This document shows, piece after piece, positions 30,205-39,253 of a DNA stretch of 64,000 nucleotides (positions are counted from its first letter, which is position 1; each line of letters starts with the position of its first letter). The notes under the pieces are model-generated. The model was given only the letters and a program-made list of their open reading frames with translations. It had not been told where the DNA came from and searched no databases. Both the position numbers and the translations under genes were made by a program. Source of the stretch: Bacillota bacterium (GTDB lineage Bacteria; Bacillota; Ch66; Ch109); NCBI GenBank assembly GCA_050952625.1, contig JBMNLH010000001.1, positions 672,001-736,000 of the forward strand. The letters run 5' to 3'.

Positions 30205-31146
30205 ATGGGCCTAAACCGCAAAGATGTTTTAGGGTTGCAGGAGCTGACTGCGGAGGAAATCCAGCTTATTTTGGATACCGCCGTACCAATGAAGGATATT
30301 TTAAGTCGGGAGATCAAGAAGGTGCCTACTCTGCGGGGTAAAGTGGTGGCGACTTTGTTTTACGAGCCCAGTACCCGAACTCGGACGTCTTTTGAGCTGG
30401 CGGCCAAGTATATGGGGGCGGATACGATGAGCCTGGCAGTAGCAACCAGCAGTGTCCAAAAAGGTGAGAGTTTTCGCGATACCGCCCAAACAATCGAGAT
30501 TATGGGAGTCGATACGGTTATTCTGCGGCATTCAGTATCCGGTTCAGCCCAGTACCTGGCTAAGACAATTAAAGCCTCAGTGATTAATGGTGGTGATGGG
30601 ACGCGAGAGCATCCGACCCAGGCCCTATTGGACATGTTCACCATTCGGGAGAAAAGAGGCAGTTTTGCGGGCATGAAGGTGGTTATTCTGGGAGATATTC
30701 TGCACAGTCGAGTTGCCCGTTCTAATATTTGGGGGTTAACGAAAATGGGGGCTGAGGTTAGAGTCGTAGGGCCGCCAACCCTAATGCCGCCGGAGATCGA
30801 CAAGCTGGGGGTCAAGGTATATTACCAGGCCGAGGACGCTTTAGAAGGTGCAGATGTAATTAATGTGTTGAGGTTGCAATTAGAACGGCAGCAGAAAGGC
30901 CTTTTCCCCACGGTGCGTGAATATCATCAGCTTTATGGCCTTACTCCGGCTAGATTGAAATTAGCCCATCCAGACGCCCTGGTTCTGCATCCTGGACCAA
31001 TGAACCGAGGGGTGGAGATAGCACCGGAGGTGGCGGACAGTCCACAGTCGACAATTGTGGAACAAGTGGCGAATGGCGTAGCCATCCGGATGGCCTTACT
31101 GTACCTGTTAATGGAAGGGGGATCATCTAGTGAAGGTATTAATTAA
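30205..31146 (+). CDS. pyrB: Aspartate carbamoyltransferase
   Basis: [35 protein letters not shown]. Confidence 0.98.
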   Translation: MGLNRKDVLGLQELTAEEIQLILDTAVPMKDILSREIKKVPTLRGKVVATLFYEPSTRTRTSFELAAKYMGADTMSLAVATSSVQKGESFRDTAQTIEIMGVDTVILRHSVSGSAQYLAKTIKASVINGGDGTREHPTQALLDMFTIREKRGSFAGMKVVILGDILHSRVARSNIWGLTKMGAEVRVVGPPTLMPPEIDKLGVKVYYQAEDALEGADVINVLRLQLERQQKGLFPTVREYHQLYGLTPARLKLAHPDALVLHPGPMNRGVEIAPEVADSPQSTIVEQVANGVAIRMALLYLLMEGGSSSEGIN

Positions 31147-32453
31147 AGGTGGTCGAGTAATAGATCCGGCTAACGGCTTAGACGGAGTAGCTGATGTCAT
31201 AATTAACCGGGGAAAAATTGCCGCGATTATCCCTGTCGGCCAAAATCAAGCCGACCTAGCTAAACAGGCGGACAAGAATCAAAGCGCGGATGCAGTTGTG
31301 ATAGAGGCAGCCGGTAAACTTATCGTTCCCGGGCTCATTGATATGCACGTTCACCTGCGCGAGCCAGGCTTTGAAAGAAAGGAAACAATTGCCTCAGGGA
31401 CTCGAGCAGCGGCTAAGGGGGGCTTCACCTCGGTTGTTTGTATGCCAAATACCCAACCAGTGGCAGACAATCGCTCAATAATTGAGTTTATTATCAATCA
31501 AGCCCGATCGACTGGGGTGGTTAATGTCTATCCAATCGGAGCGATTACTAAAGGTTCGCGAGGAGAAGAGCTCTCGGAAATGGCGGATCTGGCTGCCGGT
31601 GGAGCGATTGCTTTTTCCGATGATGGTCGGCCGGTAATGAATGCTCAGATAATGCGCCTAGCCCTGGAATATGCTAAGATTGGTGACTGGCTGATTATCC
31701 CGCATTGTGAAGATTTAAACTTGTCCGCGGAAGGACAGATGAATGAAGGCTACTGGTCAATGCTTCTGGGATTAAAGGGCATTCCGGCCGTGGCTGAAGA
31801 GGCGATGATTGCCCGGGATCTAATGCTGGCGGAAATGACTGGCTCGCGGGTGCACATTGCCCATGTCAGTACCGCCGGTTCGGTTCAGTTGATTCGCGAG
31901 GCGAGAAAAGCGGGGGATCAGAGTTAGTGCGGAGGTTACCCCTCATCATCTGGTTTTAACGGATGAAGCGGTGGCCAGCTTCAGCACTTCCACCAAAGTC
32001 AACCCGCCGTTAAGGTCGGAGAAGGACCGGCTGGCTTTGCTTGAAGGACTGGCTGACGGAACGATTGAGGTAATCGCCACTGATCATGCTCCCCATACCC
32101 TGGAAGAGAAAGATTGTGAGTATAACTATGCGCCATTTGGTATTTCCGGGTTGGAAACCGCGGTCCCCCTGGTTTGGTCAGAGTTGATTGAAAAAAAGGT
32201 AATAAGCCTTGAAAAACTAATAGCCTGTCTAACGGTCAATCCTGCCCGGATTCTAGGTTTGGCCAAGGGGAGTTTGGGGATCGGGGCAGAAGCTGATCTC
32301 ACAATTATTGACCCAGATTTGGAGCAGGCGGTGAGAGTGGATGGTTTTATTTCTCAAGGTAAAAACTCTCCTTTCGACGGCTGGCAATTAAAAGGGTGGC
32401 CGGTAGCCACAATTGTCAAGGGTCGGGTGGTAATGAAAAATGGTCAAGTTTAG
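31130..32453 (+). CDS. pyrC: Dihydroorotase, with a +1 frameshift in the G5 run at 31912-31916
   Basis: [21 protein letters not shown]; removing one G restores [27 protein letters not shown]. Confidence 0.93.
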
Positions 32454-32602
32454 GGACAGGTTCGCTGTCCCTCTGATCGCCATCGCTTAATTAGGCAAGA
32501 CTTATTTTTGGGTAATTTTGAAATCTGTTCATTAAGTTGCTGAATGATTTTCAGCGATTTGATTGATGCAGCAATCATGTAATAGCTAATTCTTGATTTG
32601 AA

Positions 32603-32707
32603 TCAAAAGACTCCCACTTCTAAAAGTGGGGGTTACCTTGTTAAATTTCAGGTGGAGTTGAGTCTCCATCTCAAGCCTCGATGTTCAGCGAAGCTGAACT
32701 AGTTTAC
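32603..32707 (+). repeat. Dispersed repeat family A, copy 3 (most complete)
   Basis: TCAAAAGACTCCCACTTCTAAAAGTGGGGG..TCAGGTGGAG..CTCCATCT..GTTCAGCGAAGCTGAAC.AGTTTAC. Confidence 0.85.
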
Positions 32708-32724
32708 TTGTAACAGTACCAAAG

Positions 32725-32901
32725 CTATAGGTTATTAAATCCATTTAAAGCAAGAGTTCCCAGTGCAGAGCCGGTTAGCCAACCTATTAGAAAACCCCAG
32801 TTCCAATTATCGGCAAATAATCCCAGGAGTAAAAAAGCAAATAAACCCCCACCCGCAAAAATAACAAGACGTTGCCAGGTTTTAATACTTTTTTTCTTAA
32901 T
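32725..32901 (-). CDS. Small 58-aa two-TM membrane protein with ATT start (absent from ORF track)
   Basis: GGAGGTG six nt before ATT; translates as (M)KKKSIKTWQRLVIFAGGGLFAFLLLGLFADNWNWGFLIGWLTGSALGTLALNGFNNL. Confidence 0.6.
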   Translation of the reverse strand: MKKKSIKTWQRLVIFAGGGLFAFLLLGLFADNWNWGFLIGWLTGSALGTLALNGFNNL

Positions 32902-32990
32902 TTAAAACACCTCCAGACACAAGGTGTTTAAACAAGAGACCTTAAAATCATCAAAGACCAGCAAAAAACCTTTAATGGTTATCACGTCTT

Positions 32991-33431
32991 TCAGACAATC
33001 AGCTTAATCGATTTAATCTGATACCGGAATTCTCCGGCTGGTGCCTTAATTATAACCTGATCATCCACCTTTTTTAATAATAAGGTCCTGCCAACCGGTG
33101 ATAAGAATGATACATCATTGCTTCCCAAAGTATCTTGAAAAGGCGGAACGATCCGAAAGCTAAAGGCATCGTCGTTTTCCAGATCTTGAACTTCAACTTC
33201 ACTTCCGACAATAACAAAAGGAAAATCGTTTTCGGTTGCCTCGACAATTGAGACATTTTTAATGAAAAGATTAATTTTATTAAGGTAGTTGCTCAGTAAT
33301 TCTTTAAACTCTGAACGTTCTTTAGACGGATTCGGAAAATATTCTTCGATTAATTGGTCCTTTTTGTCTTCGATATCTACTAGATGGTTGATTAGTTTTT
33401 CGTGGGTTTCTTTGGTTAAAGTAGAAATCAT
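32991..33431 (-). CDS. GreA/GreB C-terminal-domain protein (Rnk-like, lacks acidic tip)
   Basis: V.VGSEVEV, FRIV, VSFLSPVGRTLL.K..D.V...APAG...Y.I.SI; no GDLSENAEY motif. Confidence 0.85.
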   Translation of the reverse strand: MISTLTKETHEKLINHLVDIEDKKDQLIEEYFPNPSKERSEFKELLSNYLNKINLFIKNVSIVEATENDFPFVIVGSEVEVQDLENDDAFSFRIVPPFQDTLGSNDVSFLSPVGRTLLLKKVDDQVIIKAPAGEFRYQIKSIKLIV

Positions 33432-33520
33432 AAATGTATCCTCCTAAGACCATTTAATGGTAATGTTTTTAAAAAATACGGGAGGCACCCCGCTTGCTTT
33501 AGCGGGATGCCTTTAATATT

Positions 33521-33549
33521 AATCTAACAGAAAAGACAATGATTGTCAA
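33521..33549 (-). promoter_or_regulatory. SigmaA promoter of the GreA-like gene
   Basis: TTGACA-N17-TAGATT on the minus strand. Confidence 0.65.
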
Positions 33550-33702
33550 CAATGACTCATCTTTCCATTTAATATCAATAATTAAATTTAATGGATATCG
33601 TATTTATTAATCAATTATGGCCTTTCACTGTTAAGTTATTCTTATTTCTCCTATAATATACCGGATAGGAATTAATCAAATTAGTATTGTGAGGTCGATT
33701 GG

Positions 33703-34581
33703 ATGTCTTTGCTTTGTCTAGCCCCCATTTTAACGCAGCACGAGATTGCTCCCAGACATTTTCTGTTAACCTTTCGGGCTCCGGCAATGGCCAAAGTTGC
33801 TCAACCCGGGCAGTTTGTTCATGTTCATTGTGGAGATACTCTAGATCCACTATTACGCCGTCCCTTGAGTTTGCATGGCATAGACCGGACTACGGGAACG
33901 CTAACCCTTTTGTATCGGGTAGTCGGGAAGGGAACTGCCAGACTCAGTCGAATGCAGCCGGGTGAAGCCCTGGACGTAATGGGCCCTCTTGGTCGGGGAT
34001 TTAGTCTTTCTTTGCCTTTTGGTAAGGTGGTAAATGAGGCCGTGGTTGTCGGCGGCGGAATCGGTGTTGCCCCCTTGCTTCCCCTGATCGAGGCTTTATT
34101 GAATCAAGGTTCCCAGGTAACGGTTCTGTTGGGCGCCCGCTCGGCTGATGGTTTACTAAGATTAAAGGCCTTTGAGCAGACTGGGGCTCGGGTTGAGGTA
34201 GCCACCGATGATGGCAGCCTGGGGGTCAAAGGAAACGTCGCTGATCTGCTCACAACCAGAGGGACGGTTCTTCCGGCTGGGTCGAGCTGTGTCTATGCTT
34301 GCGGTCCGGTCCCAATGCTAAGGACCATTTGGCAAATGTGCGCTGCTCAGCAGGTCCCTTTGCAGGTGTCGCTGGAAGAGCGGATGGGCTGTGGCGTTGG
34401 AGCCTGTCTAGCGTGTGTCTGTCGAGTAACAAGAACTGATGAAGGCAAGAATAAGGAAATATCGGATGATAATTATATTAAATCTTCTTTAGTCCAAGCA
34501 GCTGAATTAGACTGGAAGTACGCCCGAGTCTGCGTAGAAGGACCGGTATTCTGGGGAGAGGAGGTGTTGCTTGATGAATAG
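33703..34581 (+). CDS. pyrK: Dihydroorotate dehydrogenase electron transfer subunit
   Basis: [42 protein letters not shown]. Confidence 0.96.
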   Translation: MSLLCLAPILTQHEIAPRHFLLTFRAPAMAKVAQPGQFVHVHCGDTLDPLLRRPLSLHGIDRTTGTLTLLYRVVGKGTARLSRMQPGEALDVMGPLGRGFSLSLPFGKVVNEAVVVGGGIGVAPLLPLIEALLNQGSQVTVLLGARSADGLLRLKAFEQTGARVEVATDDGSLGVKGNVADLLTTRGTVLPAGSSCVYACGPVPMLRTIWQMCAAQQVPLQVSLEERMGCGVGACLACVCRVTRTDEGKNKEISDDNYIKSSLVQAAELDWKYARVCVEGPVFWGEEVLLDE

Positions 34582-35617
34582 TACAGCTAGCTTCCCCGGA
34601 GCAAAACCAGCCAATTCATATGGTTCGTGTAAGTTGCAGATGAGTGATTATAAGGAGCGCGAGGTCCAGAATCGCCGGGACCAAGTTGACAATAAACAGT
34701 CCCTGGTTAATCTGGCGGTTAATGTTGGCGGGATCCAGATGATTAATCCAGTCACCACCGGTTCAGGCACCTTCGGCTTCGGACCGGAATATGCCCCATA
34801 TCTTGACCTGCGTCAGCTTGGAGCAATTACCGTTAAGGGGACTACCCTGGAACCTCGTCTGGGCAACCCAGTGCCGCGGATAGTTGAGACACCAGCCGGC
34901 ATGCTCAATGCAATTGGATTGCAAAATCCGGGAGTTGAGGCCTTTATCCGTGACCATCTTCCTTACTTGCGGGAAGTGGGTGTGCCGGTAATCGTGAACA
35001 TTGCGGGCAACACTGTGGAAGATTACGCGGCAGTGGCTGAACGGCTGGATCAGGCCCCCGGCGTGGCTGGTCTGGAGGTCAATATTTCCTGCCCCAACGT
35101 CAAAAAAGGCGGACTGCAGTTTGGGACCGATCCGGTTATGGCCGCTGAGGTTATCGGCGCGGTCCGAGCTTCGACCAAACTACCGGTTATTGCTAAATTA
35201 TCCCCCAACGTCACCAATATTGTCGCCATGGCGGAAAGCGTGGCCCAGGCGGGGGCCGATGCCCTTTCCTTGATTAATACTTTGCTGGGAATGGCGATTG
35301 ATGTCCAGGCGCGAAAACCAGTGCTGGCCAATGTGGTGGGCGGGCTGTCCGGCCCTGCGATTAAGCCGGTAGCGGTCCGGATGGTCTGGCAGGTCGCTCA
35401 GGCCGTTGACTTGCCGATTATTGGCATGGGCGGGATAACCACCGCCGAAGATGCCTTAGAGTTCATCCTGGCCGGAGCTACCGCCGTCGCGGTCGGAACC
35501 GCGAATTTTATTAATCCCCGGGCGACTTTGGAGGTAGTCGCGGGTCTGGCCGCCTACTGTGAGGCAAACGGAATTAAAGATATTAATGATTTGGTTGGCT
35601 GGGCCTGGAAAATGTAA
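34571..35617 (+). CDS. pyrD: Dihydroorotate dehydrogenase B catalytic subunit
   Basis: [39 protein letters not shown]. Confidence 0.97.
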   Translation: MMNSTASFPGAKPANSYGSCKLQMSDYKEREVQNRRDQVDNKQSLVNLAVNVGGIQMINPVTTGSGTFGFGPEYAPYLDLRQLGAITVKGTTLEPRLGNPVPRIVETPAGMLNAIGLQNPGVEAFIRDHLPYLREVGVPVIVNIAGNTVEDYAAVAERLDQAPGVAGLEVNISCPNVKKGGLQFGTDPVMAAEVIGAVRASTKLPVIAKLSPNVTNIVAMAESVAQAGADALSLINTLLGMAIDVQARKPVLANVVGGLSGPAIKPVAVRMVWQVAQAVDLPIIGMGGITTAEDALEFILAGATAVAVGTANFINPRATLEVVAGLAAYCEANGIKDINDLVGWAWKM

Positions 35618-35750
35618 CTTGTTAGCCTGCTACACCTTGGGACAACAGGGATTAAAAGTAAACACCCAATAATATTTGTCTATAAAGAGAAGGAACGAAA
35701 GAGAAGGAACGGTTTTTTAGAGACTAGATATAAGAACGGAGTTGAGCTGA

Positions 35751-36482
35751 TTGTCTTTAGATGTCAAACAACGCTTAATTGTGGCTTTGGATGTGGATAC
35801 ACGAACCGAGGCCGAAAGACTGGTGGAAGCATTAGAGGGACAGGCCGGGGCGTTTAAGGTTGGAATGCAGTTATATAACAGTGAGGGGCCGGAGATCGTG
35901 CGCAGCCTGATGCAACGAGGCGGTAAGGTTTTTGTGGACCTTAAGTTTCACGATATCCCTAACACCGTTGTGCAGGCTGGCCGGGTCATGACCCGGTTGG
36001 GCGTTTTTATGTATAATCTCCACGTCGCCGGTGGTCAAGAAATGATGCGGCAAACAGTAGCCGCCACCCATGAGGAGGCCAAAGCTGCTGGGGTTAATCC
36101 TCCCCTGGTCTTAGGCGTGACTGTCTTAACCAGCATCACCCCTCAGCAGTTACGCGAAGAAATCGGCGTTGACCGTGACCTGACTGAACAGGTAGTGAAA
36201 TGGGCTAAATTGGCTCAGGAAGCCGGTCTGGATGGGGTAGTGGCTTCCCCTCAGGAGATTCAGGCCATTCGCCAGGCCTGCGGACCGGAGTTTCTGATCG
36301 TTACCCCGGGGGTTCGACCAGCGGGGTCCCAGTTGAATGACCAGAAACGGGTAATGACTCCCGGTGAGGCTATTGCTGCCGGGGCCTCTTATTTAGTAGT
36401 GGGCCGGCCAATTACCGGAGCAGCTGACCCGGCCGCCGCTGCTCAGGCGATTGTTCAGGAGATGGACAAGGCTGGTAGATAA
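35751..36482 (+). CDS. pyrF: Orotidine-5'-phosphate decarboxylase
   Basis: IVALD, DLKFHDIPNT, VTVLTS, TPGVRP, VGRPI. Confidence 0.98.
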   Translation: MSLDVKQRLIVALDVDTRTEAERLVEALEGQAGAFKVGMQLYNSEGPEIVRSLMQRGGKVFVDLKFHDIPNTVVQAGRVMTRLGVFMYNLHVAGGQEMMRQTVAATHEEAKAAGVNPPLVLGVTVLTSITPQQLREEIGVDRDLTEQVVKWAKLAQEAGLDGVVASPQEIQAIRQACGPEFLIVTPGVRPAGSQLNDQKRVMTPGEAIAAGASYLVVGRPITGAADPAAAAQAIVQEMDKAGR

Positions 36483-36585
36483 TAATTGTTAGGGAGGAGT
36501 AAGGGGTGAGGAGCGAGGGGTAAAGTAAAAAACAATCATAATAAAATGTGTCGGGATAAATAATCGAAAAGAAAGGTGGTGTCAG

Positions 36586-36872
36586 CCTGGTTTCTGGCAG
36601 CATTACCGCAAGGAGCACCAAGCGTAAACCCTACTGCGTTGCTAAATACGCACCGAAAGTTGGACGCGGATAGATATAAACAGGCGGTGGGTAACCCTTT
36701 TCGTGCCGAACGCATGGACCGCCGGTTATAAACTACCCGAAGCATCAGCGAGAGTTGGTGTCTAAGTAGCTGAATCCGGTAATGCTGCCTCCCGTCGGTC
36801 GGCGGGAGAGAAATCTAAATATATCTGAACAATCCTGTATCAACTAGATATATTTAGTTATCAGAAACCAGG
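36586..36872 (+). ncRNA. Candidate large structured RNA of unknown family between pyrF and pyrE
   Basis: Nested perfect helices 36586-96/36862-72 and 36596-608/36777-89, 12-bp hairpin 36815-57, several internal hairpins with GNRA loops and G-U pairs. Confidence 0.6.
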
Positions 36873-36881
36873 ATATATTGA

Positions 36882-37493
36882 GTGAGGAATCAATCAGCTT
36901 GCCAGTTGCAACCCTTGACCGAGGAAGAGGCTCTATTTATGTTTAAGGATTCCCAGGCCCTTTTAGAGGGGCACTTCCGGTTAACTTCCGGTCGGCACAG
37001 CAACCAGTATATGCAGTGTGCCCGGGTGCTGCAGTACCCGGCTTACGCCAGCCGGTTGGGGGCAGAACTGGCCCGTCGTTTTCGAGAGGCCGAGGTGCAG
37101 GTCGTGATTGGACCAGCGATGGGCGGGATTGTGCTGGCCCAGGAGGTGGCCCGGGCCTTGGGCGGTCAGGTCAGGAGTCTTTTTGCCGAGCGCGAAAACG
37201 GTGTTATGAGTCTCCGACGCGGATTTTCCTTGGAACCAGGAGTACGGGTGCTGGTGGTGGAAGATGTAATCACGACCGGAGGATCAGTTCAGGAGGTAAT
37301 TGAACTGGTCAAAAACCTGGATGGCGAGGTAGTCGGCGTCGGAGTCCTGGTAGACCGCAGCGGGGGTCAGGTTAGTTTTGCGGTGCCTAAGGAAGCAGTC
37401 TTGACGCTGGAGATTGTGTCATATCCGCCGGAAGCTTGTCCTTTATGCGACCAGGGCTTGCCAGTGGTTAAGCCGGGCAGTCGTTCAGTCTAG
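36882..37493 (+). CDS. pyrE: Orotate phosphoribosyltransferase
   Basis: GHFRLTSGRHS, GPAMGG, VVEDVITTGGS, KPGSR. Confidence 0.97.
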   Translation: MRNQSACQLQPLTEEEALFMFKDSQALLEGHFRLTSGRHSNQYMQCARVLQYPAYASRLGAELARRFREAEVQVVIGPAMGGIVLAQEVARALGGQVRSLFAERENGVMSLRRGFSLEPGVRVLVVEDVITTGGSVQEVIELVKNLDGEVVGVGVLVDRSGGQVSFAVPKEAVLTLEIVSYPPEACPLCDQGLPVVKPGSRSV

Positions 37494-37684
37494 TTAGGCT
37501 GCCCGACTTCCTTCAACTTCTTTAGATAGTGCGTATAGCCGCCTGAGTAACGTTAAGATCAAGTTCCTCATCTTCCTGTAACTACTGTTAGGTTAAATAA
37601 CCGGCTCACCGTGCTAAGGCCCAATTTTCATTGGTGGTTGTGCCTGGTGGCCATGGGCGTTAATACGCCATCCAGGAAGATAAA

Positions 37685-37755
37685 CAAAAACATTGATAGA
37701 CTCAAAAACATGATAGACTCAAAAACATTGATAGACTCAAAAACATTGATAGACT
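37685..37755 (+). repeat. Four tandem copies of the 18-bp unit CAAAAACATTGATAGACT
   Basis: Three perfect units and one missing a T. Confidence 0.95.
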
Positions 37756-37786
37756 AAAGAAAAGATTTAATAATAAGACATAAAAT

Positions 37787-37814
37787 AGGCACTGGCATTG
37801 GACCAGTGCCTTTT
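37787..37814. terminator. Probable bidirectional terminator between pyrE and the activase gene
   Basis: AGGCACTGG-cattgga-CCAGTGCCT, T-run on the right and A-rich on the left. Confidence 0.7.
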
Positions 37815-37985
37815 ATGTTGGGATTTCAAAGCTAGCCCTTAGTAACAAAAGAGCAGATGAAGCAATGTACCGGGGCAAAAACAACTAAAAATTATATTAT
37901 GTGACTTTCCCAGAGGGGGCTCTTTGTTTGAACTCAATAATTTGAACAAGGTCGTTTCCAAATTAATCCGCTAATCTTAAACATG

Positions 37986-38981
37986 TTAACTAACAGCCCG
38001 ATCCGCAACCGGTTCCTTGCGCCCCACGGTGGCCTGCCATTTGCCGCATCGGTCTCCCCAGCGGGCAATAACAACACTGTTAAGTTTTAAAGTGACTATT
38101 TCACAGGCATTAGGACAACCGTTGCATTCCCGGTTGGAAGAGACAAAGGTCTGTTCAGCAATATTGAAGCCACGAAAACGGGTGGCTGAACGACTTATTT
38201 CTATTTCCTCTTGAGCCAGTAAAGCTGCGCCAATTGCCCCCATTACCTCATAATGCGGCGGAACAATAACCTCCATTTTAAGTGCTTTTTCAAAGGCACG
38301 GTGCATGGCTTGATTAGCCGCGACTCCTCCTTGAAAGACAACGGGGGACATAATCTCTTTGCCTTTGCCGACGTTGTTTAAATAATTGCGAACCAGGGCC
38401 TCACATAAGCCGGCCAAGAGATCGGGCAGATTATGACCGATCTGTTGTTTGTGGATCAGGTCGGATTCAGCAAAAACCGCGCAGCGGCCAGCAATCCGGA
38501 CTGGATTTCTGGACTGCAGAGCAGTTGGCCCAAATTTTTCGATGGGCAGATTCAAACGGGTCGCCTGATGATCAAGAAAAGAACCAGTGCCAGCAGCACA
38601 CACTGTATTCATGGCAAAGTCGACGGCTACCCCTTCTCGGAGGATGATAATCTTTGAGTCCTGTCCCCCAATCTCCAGAATCGTCCTCACCCCCGGAACC
38701 AAAGCACTGGCTGCCACTGCGTGGGCGGTTATTTCATTTTTGACCACATCTGCCCCGGCCACGGCTCCGGCTAGGTGTCGACCACTGCCGGTGGTACCGA
38801 CGCCGACTACCTTAATTGTTGGATCAAGACGTTGTTCTATTATCTGCAGACCCTTTTGGACAATTGTGGATGGTTGCCCCTGGGTTCGTAAGTAGATCGA
38901 TTCTAATACCTGTCGGTGCTGATCGAGCAGCACCATTTTGGTGGTGACTGACCCTACATCTATTCCGAGATAGGCTCGCAA
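37986..38981 (-). CDS. Acyl-CoA dehydratase activase (HgdC/BcrAD-type ASKHA ATPase)
   Basis: GIDVGSVTTK, TTGSGR, EITAH, EIGGQDSK, CAAGTGSF, RCAVFAES, C-terminal CxxCxxxC..GDRC. Confidence 0.93.
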   Translation of the reverse strand: MRAYLGIDVGSVTTKMVLLDQHRQVLESIYLRTQGQPSTIVQKGLQIIEQRLDPTIKVVGVGTTGSGRHLAGAVAGADVVKNEITAHAVAASALVPGVRTILEIGGQDSKIIILREGVAVDFAMNTVCAAGTGSFLDHQATRLNLPIEKFGPTALQSRNPVRIAGRCAVFAESDLIHKQQIGHNLPDLLAGLCEALVRNYLNNVGKGKEIMSPVVFQGGVAANQAMHRAFEKALKMEVIVPPHYEVMGAIGAALLAQEEIEISRSATRFRGFNIAEQTFVSSNRECNGCPNACEIVTLKLNSVVIARWGDRCGKWQATVGRKEPVADRAVS

Positions 38982-39253
38982 GCTGCATCCTGCTCCTTTC
39001 GAACTGGACTATTCATTATCCTATTTTGGACCTATTAACGCAAAACTATTAATATAGTATGCAGATTTTTATCGGTCTGTATACATTTTATGGATTGCCG
39101 GATTGATGTATAATAAAAGAATTAATAAAACTATAAATGAGACTCTATAAACGGAGTAAATCGATTAGGAATATAATCCAAGTGCTGAAAGGATGGTAAG
39201 CCGGACCCGTGTCCCTTAGATATCGTGAGGGTGCCGGTTACGGCTGAGTAGCG

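Noticed and set aside
31905-31930. Programmed frameshift or phase variation in pyrC
   Set aside because: Only a G5 run with no evident stimulator, and it has the same +1 pattern as three other sites, which fits sequencing error.
35686-35711. Short duplication of AAGAGAAGGAACG before pyrF
   Set aside because: Two copies only in purine-rich sequence; simple slippage is enough to explain it.
36536-36745. 69-aa minus-strand ORF
   Set aside because: Lies within the structured element, has no clear RBS and no recognisable protein features.
36586-36878. RNase P RNA, tmRNA or group I/II intron as the identity of the structured element
   Set aside because: CAGAAACCAGGATAT only loosely resembles the RNase P 3' motif and GAGGAAAGTCC is absent; no tRNA-like ends, no group I P7 motifs and no group II domain V were seen.
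37495-37680. Small ORF or pseudogene downstream of pyrE
   Set aside because: Minus-strand frames give only ~25-codon stretches with no recognisable motif; part of the region is a family D motif.
37685-37755. Possible CRISPR array
   Set aside because: Units are 18 bp and directly adjacent, with no spacers and no cas genes in the window.
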